DNA from: Amoebidium appalachense | Lineage: Eukaryota > Protista > Ichthyosporea | Length of the DNA: 64,000 nt | NCBI GenBank assembly: GCA_963693365.1 | Contig: CAVNZM010000012.1 | Coordinates: 5,530,889-5,594,888, forward strand | Reading direction: 5' to 3' | Shown here: positions 12,088-24,270 of the stretch, one piece after another | Layout of the letters: each line of letters starts with the position of its first letter | Numbering within the stretch: the first letter of the stretch is position 1 | Notes under the pieces: model-generated | What the model was told of the DNA's origin: nothing | Seen by the model: only the letters and a program-made list of their open reading frames with translations | Databases searched by the model: none | Program-made: the position numbers and the translations under genes

Positions 12088-12254
12088 CTAGTCCCTCTGC
12101 ATGACCTTGTGTGCCCAAGTCATAGCCCACTTGAGGTTGGTCAGTAGCGCCCTGCAGGCCCTCGTCCATTCTGCATCGGTGCTGCCCATGCCTCTCCGTA
12201 TGCTGCACTGGTCGATGGTATCCTTGCTGATGCTGCATCCAAGCATCAGTACAC

Positions 12255-12295
<41 letters not shown>

Positions 12296-13320
12296 CCCCC
12301 CTCCCCCCCCCCCCCCCCACCCAAAGACCCACACACACATGCCCCTTCCCCTCCGCCCCCCCCTCGCACCCACCTGTAGGGCAGCTTGACAATGGGGTCC
12401 CTCCGCTCGAGGTGCTCTGTCAGCTGCTGCAGGCAGGCCAGAAAGGCCGCCATGGCCTGGTCGTAGCGTGCACTCTGGAACACGTGCAGGCCCCCTGTCA
12501 TCCACCTGCACTTGCCTCAGCATCCATTTCCCACCCCCCCTCCCCCCCAACCCCCCAAAAGCAAGTCGCCTACAGCTCCAGGGCCTGCTGTGTGTCGAGC
12601 TTCTCCATGTACGACTGGCTGCCCTTGGCCACCGGCCGGAAGCTACACACCATCAGTCAGTAAAGGCCCTAGAGGGGACAGGCATGCTGGGTGCAACAAG
12701 AGCACGGCTGTGGTGCTAAAGTTGTTAGGAAGTTTTTAGAGTGTGTACTGTGGGGTTGATCTGCCCCTGGGCATGTGCACACAACCTACACACATACCCT
12801 GGTGCGTGCACAAGTAAGTGAAGGTGAAGTACGTCTTGGTCTTGGGGATAAGCCAATGTCTCCGTACATGCAGGTGCATGTGCCATATTTTAGACGTGTG
12901 TGTGTGTATGTTCGTAAGCAAACGACTTAGCGCTTGTCTTGGTGTGTACAGGCACGTGTGTCTTGGTGCGTGCATATGTCGTGGCGAGTGCACCTACATG
13001 TGCACGTGTCTCGGTGCAAGTATGGAATTGTGCACGTGTCTCGGTGCAAGTATGGAATTGTGCACGTGCATTGGCAGCGTACCGTGCAAAGGTGAACTTG
13101 AGCCTTGCAGCCAGGGTGTGCAGCAGCAGGGCCGCCTGGCCCCAGGCTGCGTTGATCTCACTCCACTCCACCTGCACCACACTCAGCCCCTGCCCTGTCG
13201 GTGCCCTGGTCCCATCTATCTTACAGCATACCTTCAACCCATGCAAGTACAAGGGACACAAACCATGGGTATGGCGTGGCGGTGGCACTTGTGGTGTTGG
13301 AGGGGTGAGAGGGGGAAGGG

Positions 13321-13356
<36 letters not shown>

Positions 13357-13870
13357 AGCGCAAACCGGGACATCAGGCAGGCGACCCATTCTGAAGTTGT
13401 TGATGGTGCCAAAGGGCCCCGTGAACCATATATGGAAGGTGTCGTTGAGGATGTTTGTGCGCTTGAGCTTCTCCAGCTGCTCTGACGCGTGTGCGTACCT
13501 GCACAAACGTGCTCAGCACCCTTCTTTCCCCCCCCCCCCCCCCCCCCCCCCCCCCAAACCCCACCCACCTCAGGTCCATGCTCTCCCTGTCAGCCAGGTA
13601 CTCATCGTATTGGCGGCAGAACTCGTTGACGGCCTTCCAGTGCCTGTGAAAGCCTTTCAGTGCCCTGCCCATTTGCCCCCCCCCCCCCCCCGCCCCCCCC
13701 CCCGCACGATGGCCTACATGTCCTCGTCGTGCTGCAGGGCCCTCTCCTCGTGTCTCAGCCTAGCCACTGTCTCCTGGACTGCTGCCCGCTGCCTCTCCAG
13801 TGCCCTCAGCTCAAACACAAGCTGCTGCTCCTCCAACTCCAGCTGCACCACACAATCAGCAAAGTCCTCC

Positions 13871-13924
<54 letters not shown>

Positions 13925-16070
13925 CATCACCCCCACCTGGCTGAGCTCAGCAGCTGCCTGGGCCTGGTCTGGCCCCTGCAGCTGTGCACCTGCTCTGGCC
14001 TCGGCCAAACCTCGGTAATGGCGCTCCTCGGCCTCAGCCTCATCCACCTGGCCCTCTAGCTCCACTAGCAGCTGGTCTGGGTGTGTGTGTGTGTGTGTAC
14101 ATGTCAAGCCTGGGTGTACCATAAAAATGTGTGTGTGGTTGAGTGTGTGTGTTGGGGGGTGGTGTGTGGGTGCCATCCAGCCCGCACTTGGTACCTGTGC
14201 AGTCGGCACAGAGGGGGTGGTCTATGTCCGAGTCCCCCGCCATGATGTCAAACAGCCGGTGCACCACCTGCTTGGCCCAAGGCCCCTTAAGCCCCAGCCC
14301 TCCCTCCCCCCAGCCCCTCATACGTGCAAGTACCCTGATAACCTCCCCCGCCCCTTCAACCCCTCTCTCACTCCAATGCACATACCTTGATACGGTGGCT
14401 GAGGCTCTGTCTGTTGATGTTGTCTGCCGTCTGCCACACCCCGTGGTTAGGTGGCCCTTCTTCAGCATAACCCCACACAACCCACCTCCTTTTCCTCATA
14501 ACAGATAGACACGCGGCACACAAATTCAGAAGCCCAAAAACCATTCAGACAGAAGCTGGCAACCCGTTCCCCATCCCCGGCCCAGCTTGAAAGTCCAAAG
14601 CGATCCCCCCCGAGAACACCAAGGCCCAACTTGGCCTAGCCAGAACCAACAAACCCCCCCCTCCGCCCCCCCCCAGCCAAAAAAAAGGAGGGAATGTGCA
14701 TTCCTATTGATGGGAAGGAGGAGGGGGGGGGGGGGGGGGGGGGGGGGTTTGAATGCGGAACACAGTACGAAGTACGCATACACGATGAGAAGCATGGTGC
14801 AGGACACATGCAAAGGCAAACATTCAAGTATGCAGCATCAGCCATGCGCACAGTATGCGTCATAAGCAGAGCCCATCCTCAGGGAGGGCCCAAGTCATCA
14901 ATTGCGTCTGAGTTTCGACCCCTTAGCCCGCGTATATACGACGCTCCAACTCAGACAGCAGCATCAACTGAACTTGGGTGGGTCAACCCGTCTTGATCAA
15001 AGACGAGCAGGGTTGCTTATGCAAGCAAGGTGAGCAAAACGGTGAAGATGTATGTGCAAACTAATGCAGTGCAGCGACAAACGCGTATGTGCTTACAGAT
15101 GCACGACACAGAGCAACCACTGGGGGGGGGGGGGGGGGTATACCCGGGGAGATGCAGCATTGCTGGCCAGCACCACAAACGAGTCTTTGATGCTGTCACT
15201 GCCAGCCCCCCTGTCCCGCAGTTAGCAAAGCCTGTGTGTGTGCGTATGTGCCAGATGCAGAGGCGGACACACACCCAGCAGGCAGGGGCCTGTGCTGGCC
15301 CCTTCGCTTGCGGCCGCTTATTGTGGCCCTGACCACACCCTCTGCCGTGGTGGTCTCCACACGGCCTCCCCTCTGCCCCCCCTGCACATAGTTGTCACGA
15401 CCCAGACCCCAACCTCCAGACACACGCAACTTTGCACTGCCCCACTTTAACCACCTCGGCGGCCACGTCATGTTCTGGCGTAGGCAAGTCTCTCTGTGTG
15501 TCTGCAAGGAACCACCGGTCAGCTCGACACCACCGTAATGCCAAGCTAGGGGTGGTACCAGGCGCTGTGTGATCGTAGTACAACAAAAATGCTGGACAAG
15601 CTTGTTTGTCAAGTTATGTTGTGGTGAACACGTAAACTAGTTCTGTGCCGCTAGATCTTGCTCCATAAATTCCAGAACAAGGGTGCCATCTGTGGTTGTG
15701 GTAACCCACCCTCTGAGGCTGTTGGCTGCTGCCCCTCGTCCACACTGCCGTCTGTGGCCTGTCACCACACGCAGTTAGCAGCCACCAGCTCACCACCTCA
15801 CCCCCCCCAACACACCTGCTGCTTGCTGTTCTCCCCCTCACTCTCCTCTTCACTGCTCACATACTGCGCCTCGGGCCGGCCCTCGTCTCGTGCTGTGTGC
15901 CCCAGCCAGCCGTCAGCACACACCCAACCCGCATAACCTGTGGGGCGGGGCTACGCACCGGTCAGGGCGGCCAGGCCGTGTGTGTCTATGGCCAGCAGGT
16001 CTGGGTCCAGGCCTAGCGGCTGGTGGCAGAACTGGCACACGAACCACACCGTGCTGCGCCCCTCCTCCAT
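12088..16070 (-). CDS. BECN1: Beclin-1 / Atg6 (multi-exon)
   Basis: Motifs in order: [33 protein letters not shown]|[24 protein letters not shown], coiled coil, [32 protein letters not shown]|[36 protein letters not shown] and [19 protein letters not shown]. Confidence 0.95.
14861..15021 (-). repeat. ~160-nt fold-back dispersed element, copy A (Beclin-1 intron)
   Basis: The reverse complement begins cataagcaaccctgctcgtctttgatca, homologous to 55123-55280, and contains several nested inverted repeats. Confidence 0.7.
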
Positions 16071-16290
16071 CCTGCCTGCCTGCCCGGTGCCAGCGCCAGC
16101 AGCCGGCACGCGCAGGACTATGTTGTTTGCTGCCGCACGTTGACTTAAGACCACTACTGAGCTCCCCCTCCAGCTACACTTCCCTCTCTCTCGGAGGCCT
16201 GAGTGAAGGGATGACGGCCGCAGGCTGCTTTTGTGTTGAGCTCAGTGGGTGGCTCAGTGACGTCATAGTTTGCGCAAACGCTTTGCACAG

Positions 16291-16347
16291 CAAGGCCTCC
16301 TACTCAGAGACTCTGACTAGGAGGCCTTGTCAGAGTAGGAGGCCTTG
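16291..16347. mobile_element. 57-bp micro-MITE with an extra internal TIR copy, 8-bp TSD TTGCACAG, in the BECN1/SETD4 divergent promoter
   Basis: ttgcacag|caaggcctcctactcagagactctgactaggaggccttgtcagagtaggaggccttg|ttgcacag. Confidence 0.85.
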
Positions 16348-16446
16348 TTGCACAGTCGGTAGATCAACGAGGTCACCACAACTTTCTCCCCACAGTTGTT
16401 GTTTGCTAGGGTGGTGCCGGAGCCACGTGCACGTGCGTGCTTGGCG

Positions 16447-17666
16447 ATGGGCCCAGGCAGGACGAGGAGGAAGCGCAGTCTTCGCAAGACGAGGCCGCAG
16501 CTGGCCGGCCAGGGTGTGTAGACTTGCTTGCCCCCAGATGTGGACACGTGTGTGTGCACACAGTCCCTAGATGTGTCTGTGTATTGCAGCCTTTAGGTGT
16601 TTAACAGCTACCATCCCCTTCGTTTGCCTTGCTCCACACCTGAAAGCTACGATGTGCCTACAAGGGGCAAGGGAAGGGATCGAACTTCGCTAGGCTGTCG
16701 TTGTTGTCTGGTGGCAAGGCTAGCGTGCTGGTGGGCACTGACCTGCTGGGGGGGGCAGGGCTCAGGGATGAGACATATGTGCGCTTTGTGCAGTGGCTGC
16801 GCTCGAGGGGTCTGCCCCGGCACCCCATTGTGTGTGCACACTTTGCAGGCACGTGGCAGGCACGGGAGAAGTGTGTGACACTGCGTGTGGCGGCTAACGG
16901 GGCTAGGGGACACAGACACAGGCAGGGGGGCGGCTGCCAAGCGCAACATACGGGTATGTGCATAGCGCCTGCCTGCCGCAGTGGTGCACGTGAAGAGAAT
17001 AACGGGGGTTGGGAGCAGGCCGGGGAGCTAGTGGCCAGTGTGCCCCGTGACCTGCTGGTCAGCACCTTAACCGTGTGGCAGAGTGCCCTGGGCCCCTGCC
17101 TGGCCAGGTACCACCCGGCAGGTCGGCTGTTCGGCTTGGGTGCTGGTGCTGACACCCTGGCCGTGCAGGCACAAGGTGCAGCTGACGGCCGTGCAGTGGC
17201 TGTGTGCGTTTCTGCTGTGGCAGCGGGCCCTGGGTGCAGCCTCTGCCTACCAGCCCTACCTGGCCCTGCTGCCTGGTGGGTGGCCCACCAAAGGGGGGGG
17301 GGGGGGGGGCAGGGCCAGGCCAGTGCTGACTGGGTGCAGGCACATACAGCACGGCCCTATACTTCACAGAGGTGGAGGTCGAGGCACTGCCCCAGCCATG
17401 CAGAGGTGAATGCTCCTGCCTGATGCCCCATATGCTTTTGGAGGGTGGGGGGGAGGGGGGGGAAGCGGGGCGGAGGCTGTAGGGGGGAGGGAGGAAGGGA
17501 GGGGTTGACCGGTTTGGGACAGACAAGGCGCAGGCCAGCCGCAGGGACATGCGGATTAGCTACGAGGAGCTGGCCCCGTTCATGAAGGTGGGCGGTGTTG
17601 TACTTGCCATTCTTCTTCTTCTTTTCTTTTTTTCTTTTCTTTTTTTCTTTTTTCTTTCTTTCTTTT

Positions 17667-17697
<31 letters not shown>

Positions 17698-17912
17698 GGA
17701 GGGAGGGGGGGGGGGGGGGGGGGAGAATGAGGTGCAATACAGGTGACACCTGTGTATTCAGATCAATGTATTATTACATGTGGATTAAATAGGAGTGCCT
17801 GTGTGCATTGGTTGAAAAGGATTTGCTTTCTATAAATCCTCTTCACTCTTTCTGCAACCCTAGTTAAAGAGTGCATGTGCCCTGATATACCATCTTTGAA
17901 ATCCTCTTGTCG

Positions 17913-17958
<46 letters not shown>

Positions 17959-19308
17959 AAAGCTATTCTTTTGAATCATGATCTACCCACCAGCTCACCC
18001 ACCACCATGCCTGCAGGAGCACCCCGAGCACTTTGGGGCCTGCCCGTCCATTGACGACTACCGCTGGGCACTGAGTGCAGGTGGGTGCCAGCACATGGCC
18101 GCGTGCACTGAGGCTGGTGCAGGCAGGCTGGCTGGCGGTGCACTCTGCATCTATGCAGAGAGCACACGTAAAAATATTGCATCTACATGCTAGCCGGGAT
18201 CTTAATGAGCTTATATGTGGGGGCAGTTAATACGCGGTGTGTGTATGTGGACGTCAGAGAGTCCTTTGGCTTTGCTGCGCCTGTGCGTGGGCCTGACCAG
18301 TGTGTGCTGGCGCCCTTTCTGGACATGCTCAACCACCATGCCGCTGCAAAGGTCTAGACCCCCCCCCCCCCCCCCCCATCCAAAAAAAAAAAAAAAAAAA
18401 AAAAGTCCTATCAACCGCTAGCCTGGCTAACCTACCCGTCCAGGTGGTTGCAGGATTCAATAAGGCCAGTGGCCACTTTGAAATCACAACCGACCAGCCG
18501 TGCCACAGGGGGGACCAGGCATGTGGCCCACAGGTGGGGGGGGGGGGAGAGGGGGGCTGGCACTGATTGGGGTGCAGGTGTTCATCCACTACGGGGCGCA
18601 CGACAACGGCACGCTGCTGGTCGAATATGGCTTTGTGCTGCCAGCCAACCCCCACAACGTGGCAAGGTGGGTGGCTGGGTGGGCCCCTTGGCCGGCTGGG
18701 TGTAACACTGGGTGGGTGCTGACTTGGCACAGCCTGGATGTCACAGTGGACGGCTGGCTGCAGGACATGGCTGCCGCCGCTGCAGCCGGGGGGCGGGTGA
18801 GGCAGCAGGCACAGCGGCAGTGGCCCGGTGTGCTGGAGCAGTGGGACCAGCGCATGCACGTGCTGGCGGACCATGGATTGCTGGCGTGCGTGCCACCAGG
18901 CTGGGTGGAGGTGTCGGGACCTGGAGGATATTGGCTGACGGGGACATGTGCAGGGGCCGTGTGTGTAGCGTGGAGGGGCCCAGCTGGGCACTGATGGCTA
19001 CGGCATGTGTGCTGACAATGGAGGCGGGGGCACTGCGGCACGCAGCCAGCCACATCTACACGCCCAGCTACCGCCCACCGGGCGCACATGCTCTGCTGGC
19101 CCACTGGTGCACATGCTGGCTGCACAGTGTCCCTGCTGATGTCTGTGCCCCTGCCAGTGCGCATGCTGGCCCTGATGTGGGCAAGGTGCATGCTAAGGGC
19201 GTGGGGGTGCAGGTGGGGGCTGGGCGCACGGCACACCTACAGATGATAGGGCAGCTGTGGCAGGAGATGGCGGCAGCAGTCAGGGCCACAATGGCCAACG
19301 TGCAGTGA
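16447..19308 (+). CDS. SETD4: SET-domain lysine methyltransferase, SETD4-like
   Basis: Motifs in order: MGPGRTRRKR, FVQWLRSRG, FA|DTGRG, GELVASVPRDLL, YQPYLALLP, YRWALSA|VNTRCVY, LAPFLDMLNH and GDQ|VFIHYGAHDNGTLLVEYGF. The exon structure at the 3' end is less certain. Confidence 0.88.
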
Positions 19309-19696
19309 CCGGCACAGTGCAGGGCTGAGGGGGTGGGGGTGGGGGGGCACAGTAGAACATGCGGGTGTAGAGGTGCACAGGTAGGGGTGCTGGACACCAC
19401 AGCAGGGGCAAGGTGACAGGGGGGTAGGGGAGCATGTATGGTTGCAGGATGAATGAATGTGGACGTTGCAGCCCGGCAGACTGTCGCCTTTATGTCACTG
19501 TACATGCTTGCAAAGGCAGTCCCACATGGGCTGACATGAAAAGGACTAACTGTAAGAGACTAAATATTTTTCTAGTGTACACCAAGCCGAATGTTGACAA
19601 TAAACACACGGATGGCATGGCCCACCGGCTGTTAAACAGCACACCCAAGCCTATTCTGGACCCTCTAGTTGTGCACTACCCCCCTCCCCTACTGGT

Positions 19697-21339
19697 CTAT
19701 GACGGTGCGGCCAGTGCTGCAGCCGTTGCCTGGAGGCATTTGTGTGAGCATAGCACGTGGGCCAGCGGCAGTTTGTGGCCCAGCAGGGGCTCCATGGCCA
19801 CCAGCTGGCTGGGCCCCTCGAACACACCCCCCGCACAGTGGCTGCACTTCTGCCCATCCCTGCAACCCCACATCCCCTCAGTCCTGCCCCACCCACTTAT
19901 GCATCTAACCCTACCCACCTATACATTTAACCGCACTCCACTGCACATCTAACCGCACCTACCTACATATATATCTCAAGTGCACCCACCTACACATTTA
20001 ACCCCACCCGTTTGCATCTGCCCCCCACCTAACCCGACCCACCTGTAGCTGGCCACCAACTCCTGTGGACACGTTTCGGGCCCAAGCACCAGGCGCTTGC
20101 ATGTCGCAGTGCGCAGGCACAGCTCCCTAAGCGAGGGGGGACCGGCAGGGCCAGGGCGTTGGACAGGCTCCGTCAGCAGAGGATTGGCACTGGGAGAGAG
20201 GGTCAGGGGCCAGGGGCCAGGGCACGTGTATGTTTGTGGGCAGGCACGTACCTCACGTTCAGCACCTTGAGGGTCTTGAGGCGGCCCAGCTCCACCGGCA
20301 GCCACTGCAGCTGGTTGTTGGCCACAGACAGCTCCTGCAGGTGCTTCAGCTGCCCCACCACCTGCACTTCCACCCAAGGCAAACCCACACAGGCCCCCAC
20401 CACACATGAGCACACACAATAGGGGAATCTGCAGGGGCAGTGACTGAGGCCATCCATGGCGCCCTTCTGATACACAGTGGGCGTTTTTTGGCTCAAGGAT
20501 AAAGGGGTCTATGAGACAGCCTGTCCCTTACCAGCTCCTCCATGGGTGTTGCTATTAGAGTGCGTGGGGCAAGTGTCGGTGGTTTACGCTCTATGCGGTG
20601 TTGGGTGGAGCCAGGGGGGGGGGGGGGGGGGGGGGGGGGAGAAGGGGGGGATGTTGGGCAGGGAGTGCTTGGAAGCTACAGGCACCTGGGGCAGGGCAGT
20701 CAGGCGGTTGTTGCGCAGCACCAGCACGGTCAGGTTGCCCAAGTCCAGCAGCTGCCGTGGGAAGGCTGCCAGCCGGTTGTTGCTGAGAAACAGCTGCAGC
20801 CGCCCTGGCCGTGATGGCCCGGCTGCCCTCTGCCCCGTAGCAGAAGTGTGCAAGGTCCCTCACCTCGTCAGGGAGCGTGCTCAGCGAAAGCCCTGCACCC
20901 AGTTTAGTGTGTTATGGTGCAGGCACCAAACAGAATCCGGATATGCTCAAGTTTCACCAGGCTGAGCACTGTGACATGTCCCCGACTATAAAAAGAACCC
21001 TGAGCATCTTCACACTGCTATTGCCGATCTTGGTTCAGCCAGTGTTCTTCCTGTTTGTGTGCGTTCATCCTTGCGTGTGAGAGCGTGCCTAGGCGCTTGT
21101 GCTTTTGCGTGTGTGTGTAAACAGGGTTGACTGGGTTGGGTGAGGTTGGGGGTTGGGTCATTCACAGCTGAAACGGGGTCAGGCTTAGTGTTACCTGAGA
21201 GGTCCAGAGAGATCCGAGGGTTGTCGGACAGGAATTCCGCGTTGATCAGGTCCCGTGCCTTTTGCAGCGCCGTGGCTTCCAGGTCTTGGGCACTCCTGAA
21301 AGTCGATGGGGCAGAGTTGTGCCTTCGCCAGTGTGCCAT
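19697..21339 (-). CDS. LRR protein with BC-box-like motif and C-terminal CxxC/CSxxC (LRRC58/LRRC28/LRRC69-like); apparent frameshift in exon 2
   Basis: Motifs in order: LDLSG|LSLSTLPDEV, LFLSNNRLAAFP..LVLRNNRLTALPQ|..LQELSVANNQLQWLPVELGRL, PPSLRELCLR, and KCSHC..LCSHKC*. Confidence 0.8.
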
Positions 21340-22068
21340 TCTCGTGTTGCCAAAGAACACTACTGTACCTTGTATCTACGGTGCTTGCTTAAAACAGAAG
21401 CTTGCTAGAGCTGCAGTAACAAACTCGAAAGAATGAACCAGTGCGGAGTCAAGGCTAGACTACAACTTTGTCACCTCTGCCTCCTTTTGGTGTGGGGAAG
21501 CCACGTGATACAGACGGGAAGTTTTAGGAAGAAAAGGAGGAGCAACACAGCCTCTGTTACTAAACGACCACTCAAAACGAACTATGTATGACCACCTTCA
21601 CGTAATGGTGTGTACGCTCAGAGAGTGCGCTACTGTACCTTGTTGCGTGCTCCCTGAAAAGTACCCGCCGCTAACACACTTTGGGGTATGCACGGTCGCA
21701 AAGGTAAAGTTGCGGGGGTGGCCAGCCAGCTTGTGTGTGCATTTGTGATATCACAAAATTTCCCAGCTTTCATCAATTTTGAATTTGGCGCCACATGCGA
21801 CCAGCCAATCATATTGGTGCATTGAAAGAATGACGCAAAATGACGTCAGTCGCTGACCCATATTCCAAAAAAAAAAAAAAAAAAAAAAAAAGGGCGGGGG
21901 GGGGGGATGTATGCGTTCGAGGGTTGGAAATATGGAGGAGACAACAAAGAGCAACAACAAAACGTCACAAACGTGGGAAATCGCACAATCAAAACGATTA
22001 AGCGTGCAGGCAGAAGACACTTGAACAGAGCCCATCATCAGGGGGGTTCCTTCGCCTCCACAAAAGTA

Positions 22069-22101
<33 letters not shown>

Positions 22102-22284
22102 GGAGGGGGGGAACAGTCGCTGTCAGCCCTGGTGACGTTTTCACTTGCACAGGCACTGAATAAAACAGCTGCTACGGAAGCTTTTGGTCACGTTAGCTGC
22201 CCCACTACGACCACCAAGCACACCACTTGGAGAGCCTTGCTCCTGCAGACCATTTCTCTTTATTCAGGCCCTGCTGGATGTTTG

Positions 22285-22736
22285 CTAGTCGCTGGCAGCC
22301 ACGGGGTCCTGGCCGTTGGGCTGCATTTGGCTACGGTACTCACCCAGAAAGTCTGCAGCCCTATAGTCAGTGGCCGCCTGCCAGACACAACCTGGATAGC
22401 CTGGGTGGCAGCGAACGGCCAGGCAGCAAGGGGAGGAAGGGACCCACCTATATAGGGCTTTGTGAGGGGAAAGTAGGAGCTGGCACCGCCCACAGCCCCC
22501 CAGCCTGACTCTGGCCGGTCCTCCAGCACCTTGACGCTGCCTGCAGGTGCCCTGTCAGTGTCACCCCACTGGAGGTGCCGCGCTAAAAAAGCTTGTGCGT
22601 GCTCGGAGTCACAACATACATAATGACGAAAAGCTCCCCCCCCCCCCCCCCCCCCCCCCCCCTCTCCCTCCCCCCCCCCCGATGGCCCACAAACAAAAAT
22701 GAACGTGTGGGCGCGCGCTCACACACACACGCACAG

Positions 22737-22776
<40 letters not shown>

Positions 22777-23980
22777 ACCCACACAAACCCTAGCTGCTTG
22801 GTTCCTTGGTCCCGATAAAGCCAAGCAACTGGTGGCTTCGCGTGTGCGTGTGTGTGGGGAGGGGGGGGGGAGGGGGGGGGGAGGGGGGGGGGGGTATGCA
22901 AACATACCATCAGTTCGTTGTCGCACAGCCTCTTCGTATTCTGCACCCCCCCCACCCGTCAGCACTGCCTATGCAGATATGGCCCACCCAGGGCACCCAA
23001 CAGGCACGGGGCACCCACTATCGCTGAGGTACCTCTCCACCGCCTTGCCGTCAAACCCCCTCGGTGCCGCCTGCTGCTCAGCCCCCGCCTGTGCTTGCCT
23101 GCCCCCACAGTCAGCAACCTGCCCCATGAAGCAGACTCCGGGGCAGTTTTGAGGCCCGGCTGGGCCCCCGCTCCAAAGGCGGCCATGAAACATGCGGCAC
23201 AGAGAGAGACATATGGGGGGTAAGGGGGAGCTAAAACCAAGAGTCACTAGGTTTTGATCTGCAAAGGGAAGTGGAAAGGGCTACCACGAGGGGTTGGACA
23301 GACTAACAAGAGAAGAAACCCGAGCCCACTGAGGAAAGACTCTGGATGAAGGGGGTTGGGCAGGTGGAAGAACGCAAAACAGCGGGAGGGACATAGCCTC
23401 GGAGGAATAATCATGAGGCGGAAACGAAGGAGGGCTTGAGGTGGCGTCCGTGGGCGATGGAGGAAGCGGGAGGGGCGAGAGGGAAGGGTGGGGGGTGAGG
23501 AGAGGGGGAGGCAGCAGTAGCCTGGCACAAGCAACTCAACACCAGGCAACACGAAACCCAAGAGGCCTTGGTCACAAGTGTGTGCACATGACGCCAACAC
23601 ACAGAGAGACTGAGTTGCGCGGTAGGGGTTGTTATTTCCAAGTTTTTTTTTTTTTTTGGAGGGGGGAGGGAGGGGAAGTTGGGGGGAGGAGGGGGGGTAA
23701 TAGCATGCCACCCCCTTGCAGGCACATACCTAGCGTGTTCACCGGCCTTGGCCCCCGGGCCACCGTAACCACGGCCCCGTGAAGCATACCCCGAGTCTGT
23801 ATAGGCCCACGGTCAGAGCGCCTGCCCTAGGCCTGCAGCCCCCGTCTAAAGAAAGGGGAACAGAAAGAGGCACACACCTGAATATTGCTCACGGGGTGGA
23901 CCACCGTGCCTCTCAAACCCCCCCCGACCCCTTGATGCCCCCCCCTCCCCACCGCCCCTTGGTTTCCTCCTGGTGCTCAT
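22285..23980 (-). CDS. Hypothetical 147-aa RGG-rich protein, 6 small exons (not visible in the ORF track)
   Basis: Exons 23878-23980, 23730-23796, 23019-23098, 22908-22940, 22448-22540 and 22285-22352 join in phase via GT-AG introns, each with a CTGAC branch point. They total 444 nt, and AATAAA lies ~20 nt after the stop. Confidence 0.75.
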
Positions 23981-24112
23981 TCTGTTGTGACAAGGGCACA
24001 GCCACGGGCTGGTTGAATGCGCAGCACGCAGCACACGCCCCTTAGCTTGCTGCTCGAAACAGCTCTTCTTTGCAGTTTATGCTCCGTACTCTCTTGAACG
24101 CTGTAACCCTAG

Positions 24113-24270
<158 letters not shown>

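Noticed and set aside
14895-14960. Hammerhead-like fragments (CTGAGTT..CGAAACTCAG) in the fold-back element; also CTGATGAG at ~56685
   Set aside because: There is no correctly placed CTGANGA core with stem II, and copy B lacks GAAA.
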